A stretch of 64,000 nt of DNA from Octopus vulgaris (lineage: Eukaryota): positions 95,728,001 through 95,792,000 of the forward strand of contig OX597816.1 in assembly GCA_951406725.2 (NCBI GenBank). The letters are read 5' to 3'. The translations under genes were made by a program, and so were the position numbers. This document shows, one piece after another, positions 56,625 to 64,000 of the stretch. How positions within the stretch are numbered: the stretch's first letter is position 1; each line of letters starts with the position of its first letter. A model generated the notes under the pieces. The model searched no databases. It worked only from the letters and a program-made list of their open reading frames with translations, and was not told where the DNA came from.

Positions 56625-57175
56625 TGTGTAATATGATATCTAAATATATGCATATATACATACATATATGTACATAAAAAAACGGTGAACACAATGAGAA
56701 ACGAAAAAATAAAAACAAAAACAGAAACGAACTTTCTTTCCAACAACAAAAAAAACAAACAGAGAAACGAGACATACAACATAAAGAACACTCCACTCCC
56801 TCAGCCGCTCTGCTTCATCCACTCCGCGTTTTTGAAGGCAAGGACAAAACGCGACTCCATTGAAACAATCCTTCCCGCAAAGCAAATCAAACAAAATTTG
56901 GAATCCTTTGTGGAGGGTGAAAGTGGTAACAAGAACAAGACAGTCAGAACAAAACAGTAAAAAGAACTGGACAGTGAGAACAGGACAGTGAGAACAAGAC
57001 AGTGAGAACAAAACAGCAAAAACAAACGGTGAGGGCCGCCAAGCCAAGGCGACAGAAAAACCATCATGAACGCGAGGAAGACGAGCCTATGAAGGAGACA
57101 GCATAAGGACGGTTTTTCTTTAAGAAGGCTGTGGCCAGAAATACATAAATGCCTCATGCTAGGAGGGACATAATA
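56625..57175 (-). mobile_element. diverged relative of the 54433-55395 element
   Basis: AATATATGCAT.TACATACATATATGTAC start; CGTTTTTGAAGGCAAGGACAAAACGCG...TCCTTCC resembles 54722-54772. Confidence 0.55.
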
Positions 57176-57302
57176 AACAATTTAGAGAGAAATACAAATA
57201 AATATATTTAAAGGCAATAATTAATAAATGTTTCCTTTATGAGGATTTTCACGCTAACTACTTGATAATTTCTTATAAAGATTTTTTCTTATTTTTAAAT
57301 TA

Positions 57303-57350
<48 letters not shown>

Positions 57351-57628
57351 TGTAGGAAACAGAGAATTGACAATGTGTTTAATAACATGATGTTTATCTG
57401 TTAAAACTTTTCATTTTCTTATTATATTGAAATATACCGATATATATCGAAGTGAAACAATTATTCGACTCCGTCATATACTTAATTGGTGCCTATTATT
57501 AAACAATAAACACGAATACTATTAAGTAATACTGGACTCCTTGAATGTTTCATCGATGTATAAGATTAAACCGATGAAGCTTGGATGTTAATATCCCTTT
57601 TTAAGAGATATCTGTATCCTCAAACTAA

Positions 57629-57686
<58 letters not shown>

Positions 57687-58635
57687 GGTGAGTGCGTGTG
57701 CGTGCGTTCTCTCTGTTTCTCTTTTACTCCGAACCCTTCAACCCCTTTTCACTTCGTCTTTCATACTTGTAACCTACTGTCATCCTTATTTTCTGACATT
57801 CTCTACTCATAATGTGAAAGGAGAAAGTAAGATGGTGAGAAATATCAATAGAAAGAATGAAGAGAGGACGGCAAAAAAAAAACGTAATGGAAGTAAAGGT
57901 GGAATAGGAATAGCCAGCGATTACAATAATGAAGGTCAAAGTTAGGATGTAGAAAAGAAAAATTATAGGGATATGCACGAAAGAAAAGTTGATAGAAATA
58001 AAAGTTCTTCATATTGTTTATGTAGTTGTTGGAGGCTGCGATGAGAAAATTTTAATGATGATTTAAATATATAACGCAGCAGAGTATAAGGTCTTTCTTT
58101 CACTAATAACACTTTCCGCTTGAAAGAATAAAACACCTTTTCATATTTATATATTCAAATTAATATCCGTTCTAATGATTTTCTGGCTAAGATAACCGAT
58201 AGCTGATCTGTTGAGACAATTAGGTTTTCTCCTCGCCGTACATAGCTTATCTTCTGGTACACGCAGAAAAGTAAAAGCATTATCATTTTGACTAATATTT
58301 AAAGAAGGTCCGAAATGAAATCAATGCCGTTCTTGTTACAAGTGTTTGACAGTATAGTCTCTGGTGAATTTGCACAGTGATCACACATATATAATATTGC
58401 CAAAATTATATCTTAAAAATTGGGTTTCCGCTTCAAGTTGCAAAACTATTTCAGTTCTTATCAGTTGACAACGCCTTACCAATTCAAGTGTGACCCACAT
58501 CAGGAGTTAAGCAGCTGGAACACTAACAAACCATCTAGACTGACAAGCACTAACACACACGAAAGAGATCAGATAATAGTGTTTAGATTTGGGCACTGTA
58601 TCCATTCAGATACATTGTTGTCTATAGGAATTCAT

Positions 58636-58857
58636 ATTACTCTTTTTACTCTTTTACTTGTTTCAGTCATTTGACAGCGGCCATGCTGGAGCACCGCCTT
58701 TAGTCGAGCCACTTGACCCCGGGACTTATTCTTTGTAAGCCCAGTACTTATTCTATTGGTCTCTTTTGCCGAACCGCTAAGTGACGGGGACGTAAACACA
58801 CCAGCATCGGTTGTCAAGCGATGGTGGGGGGACAAACACAGACACACAAATACACAC

Positions 58858-58896
<39 letters not shown>

Positions 58897-59062
58897 TGCG
58901 ACTGGCTTCTTTCAGTTTCCGTCTACCAAATCCACTCACAAGGCATTGGTCGGCCCGGGGCTATAGCAGAAGACACTTGCCCAAGATGCCACGCAGTGAG
59001 ACTGAACCCGGAACCATGTGGTTGCTAAGCAAGCTACTTACCACACAGCCACTCCTGCGCCT
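58636..59062 (-). mobile_element. SINE family A, full length, young
   Basis: Nearly identical to 41531-41956. Confidence 0.95.
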
Positions 59063-60025
59063 ATTGATATATTGATATTTTTCCTGCTGTTATTTGACAA
59101 TGTTTTCCACATGATTTTCTTGAATTTCTTTCGGAGTATGTGAGATAGCATGCCACAAGCTTAAAATCATTTGTCATTTCCTAAGACTTTTTTCCTGAGT
59201 ATGAAGAGGTTGGCATTTGTCGTCAGTAGTATGGTCAGGCGCGCCAGAACCCGTGCAACCTTCACCACATGCGATACATTATAGAGAGGATGATAACAGA
59301 TTCTTATCCACTTGGTTCAGTTAAAAATGTTGATAAGTTCGAGCATTGGTACCCCAAAATTTCTATCTAGATTTTCAGTTGTGTCGATTTCATTCCTGCT
59401 TCCTAAGGCCTGCTTCAGTATACAGTGACATCTGCCAAGTAGTCAGAGTAAGTAACTACCTAACGGAATCATTTCTACTCGGACTTCTTTCATCACTTCT
59501 ATACATTTTAGTTCTTGAGACATTACTATGAAGGCTAGAATTTTTGAGGAATATCCTACCTGAAAGCGTCACGGGAAAAACCATGTCAGTATGAGTTGAG
59601 AAAGTTATCGTGATGGTGTTGGAACCATGGACATCGAAAATGGCCAGCTCCACACTGAAAGAATATGATATAATAACAGGAGTTCGTACTATCTGGGACA
59701 ATTCAGTAACCTTGCAGGCTTAGAGTGGAAGTTGGATGCATACCAGTTTTGTGGGTAGCTGCAGCGAAGGTTCTGTTAAGAAGTTCGGTGTCTGCTTCAG
59801 TTCACGATTCTGGTCAGATAGAAGGTGGAAGAACAGAAGACGGTCACAGGCAAAATGGCTAGTCTCGCATTTCAAATGGTCTAAAAGGAAGTAATGACTG
59901 AAATATTTTGCAGAGGTTGTGAACATATGCACTACCTGAGTCATCTGGTACAGCATCACCGTTATACCTAGCTCGAATTTTCATCTCTTCTTCGAGAGTG
60001 TGCTTTTCCACTGAGCAGAAGATCA

Positions 60026-60194
<169 letters not shown>

Positions 60195-60229
60195 CCGAGA
60201 AGTATAGGCTGCTTTTCTCGATCTGCTGG

Positions 60230-60630
60230 TTATTGCAAAAAGAGAGTGAATAGTAGACAAGACTGAAAATACTGAGAGCAGACACCTCCAAATTCGGTCA
60301 GATCCTCACCAACTTCTTTCTGTTCCACGTCACAGAGAAGAGAAAGGAAAAGAAGAGAAGAGAGAGAGAGGAGTGAGTATGGAGAGGCAAGTACTGCTCT
60401 CCAAGGAAATTGTGAATAGGTAAATAAGATTGGTAAGGATAGTCAATGTGAATGAGCTTATTTGGAGTATATTTGTATAACCCGGAGAATATAACCTTAT
60501 GATCTTAGCAATAAGGATTATTTTGTACATGTAGGTTTCTCTGATCCACTCCAGGTAATTGTCTGGATATTATGGCTTTCTCGCGTGTTTTCTAGACGTT
60601 ATCAAAATCCTAAAGCATTTTAACGTATTT
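60230..60630 (-). pseudogene. possible CR1-like LINE RT remnant
   Basis: DFDNV*KTREKAIISRQLP (cf. AFDKVWHxxLISKL) and VSALSIFSLVYYS (cf. CR1 C-terminus); very weak. Confidence 0.3.
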
Positions 60631-60651
60631 ATCAAGTCTTCTCACCCACCC

Positions 60652-60684
60652 ATTATTATTATTATTATTATGATTATTATTATA

Positions 60685-60777
<93 letters not shown>

Positions 60778-62390
60778 TTCTCTTTATCACAGGTTTTGTT
60801 AGAGCTCCTGGAGTCTTGCGTGCGTAGCGGGCTTACTACCTGTAGCCTACGGTACCGTACTATTTGATCTTTCCAGCTATCAAATACTGTCCTAATTATT
60901 CTGGCCGTGCCAAGGAGGAAAAACTCTTATAACAGTTCTACAGGGCACTCTATTCCAATTTCCTTTATATTCCTCTTGATGCCTTCTGATACTGTTCCCA
61001 AGGACCCAACAATAATTGGCAGTATCTTCAAATTCTTCAGATTCTATAGCCGGACTACTTCCTACTAAAGAGGGTTGTATCTGTCTATCGTTTTGTCTTC
61101 CTTCTTGATTATTCGTGGGCTAAAGGGGCATGCAACATCAACTATATAGCATATGTGGTGCACCTTGTCCACCACTACTACTATTATTATTATTATTTTA
61201 TTGTCTTTGCACAACTTCTAACGCTGGAGATGTACAACGGTGTCAGCTGTTCACTACCAGTGGACTAAGTGCTTGTATAGTGCTTTATCTTTACAATCTT
61301 CCATCCAACACAAGCCTGACCTTCTTATTTTCAATAATAGCGGTTCTGTAGCATTTTTTACGTAAAATGCTATGCTGTTTTCTTCTGCTCTAATGCTCTA
61401 TACGCATTCAGTCAGTCCTCTTCTCCCAGTTTTTCTTGATATATACAGTCTGTCTGTGTCACTTTTTGGGTGGAGTATCCCATATCTAGCCAGCAACTTC
61501 CCTGTCTTTCTGTCTAAGCTGTTTAGTTCGTCTGCAGTCCCTGCTCCGTATCTAAGTAGTGAAACCGCCTAGGTGTTGATAGCTTCAATTTTATTACGTC
61601 CGTTTAATTTTGATTTAAGGATCAGTCTCAGTCTGCGCAAGTACGCCACCTTAAATTTTTCTGTCATTTCTTTCTCCATCAATTTATCCATTTCCAATAT
61701 CCCCAGGAACTTATAGCCCGTCTCTTCTCTCTGCTTCATAGCCTTCTCCGACTGATTCGCTAGCCCACCCATACATTTGATTTTGCCTCTCTTCAAGACT
61801 AACACGCCGCACTTTTTCAGTCCAAACTCCATTCTGATAGCAGCACTGAAAATATACACCATATCAACGAGGGAACTGATTGTTATATTATTATTATTGT
61901 TATTTGTATTATTATTCCTTCGTAATACAATGTAGGTTAAAATGCATCGGAATCTTTAGTCATCTGTCAAGTCACAAGGACCTCAGAGAGATAATACTTT
62001 CCTTAAGATGTGCGCTGTGTCCAATAAGACTGCTTTTTGCAAGACGTCAATCTTGCATGGGATAATGGTATTGAGCCCAGCACTACGATCACCACTGGTA
62101 TCACTTTTACATTACATTATTCTCTCGCATTCCATACAGTCTTGCCATTTCCACTTTCAATTCGAAGTACTTAGTGATTTTTCAACCTCTTTACTCAAAA
62201 CTTTCATGTCATTTGGTATGGCTACATCAATGATCTATCAGTATTCGTCTCTGTTATTCAATATGACAATAACCGGCCGACGGTGTTCGATTACACGATC
62301 CGTCTGAAAATCATAGTCCCAGGGTATCGTTACTTTTCCATCTTCCTGTGTTATTATTATGTTGTTGTTATTTTTGTTGCTGTTATTATT
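60652..62390 (-). mobile_element. second cluster of R4/Dong-like LINE fragments in (TTA)n
   Basis: (TTA)n 60652-60777; ILPIIVGSLGTV...LLGTARIIR; MEFGLKKC...YKFLGILE...KSKLNGRNKIEAINT, LHPKSDTDRLY; a PWDYDFQTDRVIEHRRP-like RLE piece at 62270-62330. Confidence 0.85.
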
Positions 62391-62687
62391 ATTCAAAGCC
62401 TAATACACACTTAATATGTTTAGTAGGGATTTTATCTTGATGTTTGTAGACAACAAGTCTCCTCAAGTTTCCAAAATCTTTTTTAGGCTTCTTGCATTCT
62501 TTCAGAATAACGATGGCATTTTTCATGAGGTCGGCGATACTCAATTCCAACATACATCCGACTCTTAGGTAGCAGTGTGGGTGCCGAGTGAACCAGTTAC
62601 TTTTGCTTTCATAGATTTTAGAATGATGTTTTGGTAAATACATATATTATCATGCTCATATAATTATGATGTCTAGACTGTTTGCTT

Positions 62688-62906
62688 TCATCTTCTCATC
62701 GGTCTGAACAGGCATTTCCAGCTTAAGATAGACCGATCACTGCGATACACCAAATTTGGTATATGCATATACCACCCCTTATATTTCATGTCGATATGTT
62801 GGCATGTTGCCCAATGTACATTACTAACCAATTCTGTCGTGTGTGTTGCTAAATTTTGTCTACGTAACAAATAGGCAGTCAAAAATAATGGGAACGTTTG
62901 CTTCAT
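62688..62906 (-). pseudogene. R4/Dong-like CCHC-adjacent fragment, degraded
   Basis: VSNVHWATCQHIDMKYKGWYMHIP...ILSW (cf. IHWxLC...WYxHxP...ILWD). Confidence 0.45.
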
Positions 62907-63158
62907 TGCACCGATTGGATTGTATACTCTGCTTTTGATTTCAAACTATTGTCTTTGATATATTTGTTTTTTTTGTTTTTTTTGCAGATTGTAGATTAGT
63001 CTGGTCAACAATTGATCATATTAATTTTCGTCGCTGAATTAATATACATACATACATATACATATATATGTATGCATGTGTATGTATATGTATATATGTG
63101 TAAGAATATATGTATGCATGTATATACACATAAATATGTATGCATGTATGTATGTATG

Positions 63159-63208
<50 letters not shown>

Positions 63209-63221
63209 GTATGTATGTATG

Positions 63222-63255
<34 letters not shown>

Positions 63256-63269
63256 TGTATGTATGTATG

Positions 63270-63322
<53 letters not shown>

Positions 63323-63770
63323 GAAAGATATGCAAAAGAACCAAAAGCAATGCAAAAAGAAAAATTACATGAAACAAATTATTTTATGACCATAACTAAA
63401 CATCATAAAATAAGGAATTGAAAATATTAAAATCAAAAATAAAATAGGACGTGGGTAGTTACAAGATAAGCAGCTTAAGAAGTGTGAGGGTATAGAATAT
63501 GAGACAAAAGGAAATTGGGACACAAAACAATGGCCGACTATTTGAAACTCAAAGTGGTTGTATTGCATTGTCTTCACAGAGTTTGTTTATATAATTATCG
63601 TCCTCTGGTGGTGATCAGCTTTTATATCAATAAACAATCGGAACTAAAGCAACTAATTTTTTTCAGAAATATCAATACCTCCCATTTTGGTATACAAGCG
63701 CATATGTCTATACACACGCGCACACACACATACACACACCACACCACACACACACACACATGTTAATATG

Positions 63771-63832
<62 letters not shown>

Positions 63833-64000
63833 GGTATCTGAGGACACTTGTATTTGTATGAGTACGTCTAAGCATATATTTGTGTGCGTGTATGTATGTA
63901 TGTATGTATGTATGTATGTATGTATGTATGTATGCATGTATGCATGCTTGCATGCATGTATGCTCATGTTAGCTGTTTCCACTGAGCACCCTTAGTAATT

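Noticed and set aside
59100-59990. Possible LINE endonuclease remnant
   Set aside because: Motif matches too weak to assign.

Overview
AT-rich, microsatellite-saturated eukaryotic non-coding DNA. The repeat repertoire (three tRNA-derived SINE families, one with an internal TA/TG tract, plus long (TA)n, (TG)n, (TATG)n, (ATAG)n and (TAA)n tracts) resembles octopus/cephalopod genomes; this is inferred, not proven. I found no intact host protein-coding gene. Most ORF-track entries are microsatellite read-through, and the rest are decayed transposon ORFs. Recognisable elements: mariner/Tc1/maT remnants and MITEs (two are foldbacks made of two like ends), R4/Dong-like RLE LINE fragments nested in (TAA)n or (TACA)n tracts, a non-autonomous Helitron, and several Penelope-like (PLE) remnants. 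The most notable signal is at 12494-13255: a diverged tandem repeat carrying two type I hammerhead ribozymes with intact catalytic cores, whose cleavage sites are 468 nt apart (retrozyme/PLE-like). It shares a GCTGCTATTTCTAG-type motif and a covarying terminal hairpin with other (TA)n-embedded mini-elements, some with inverted halves. A second, degenerate, permuted hammerhead-like motif lies in a direct-repeat-flanked element at 54433-55395.
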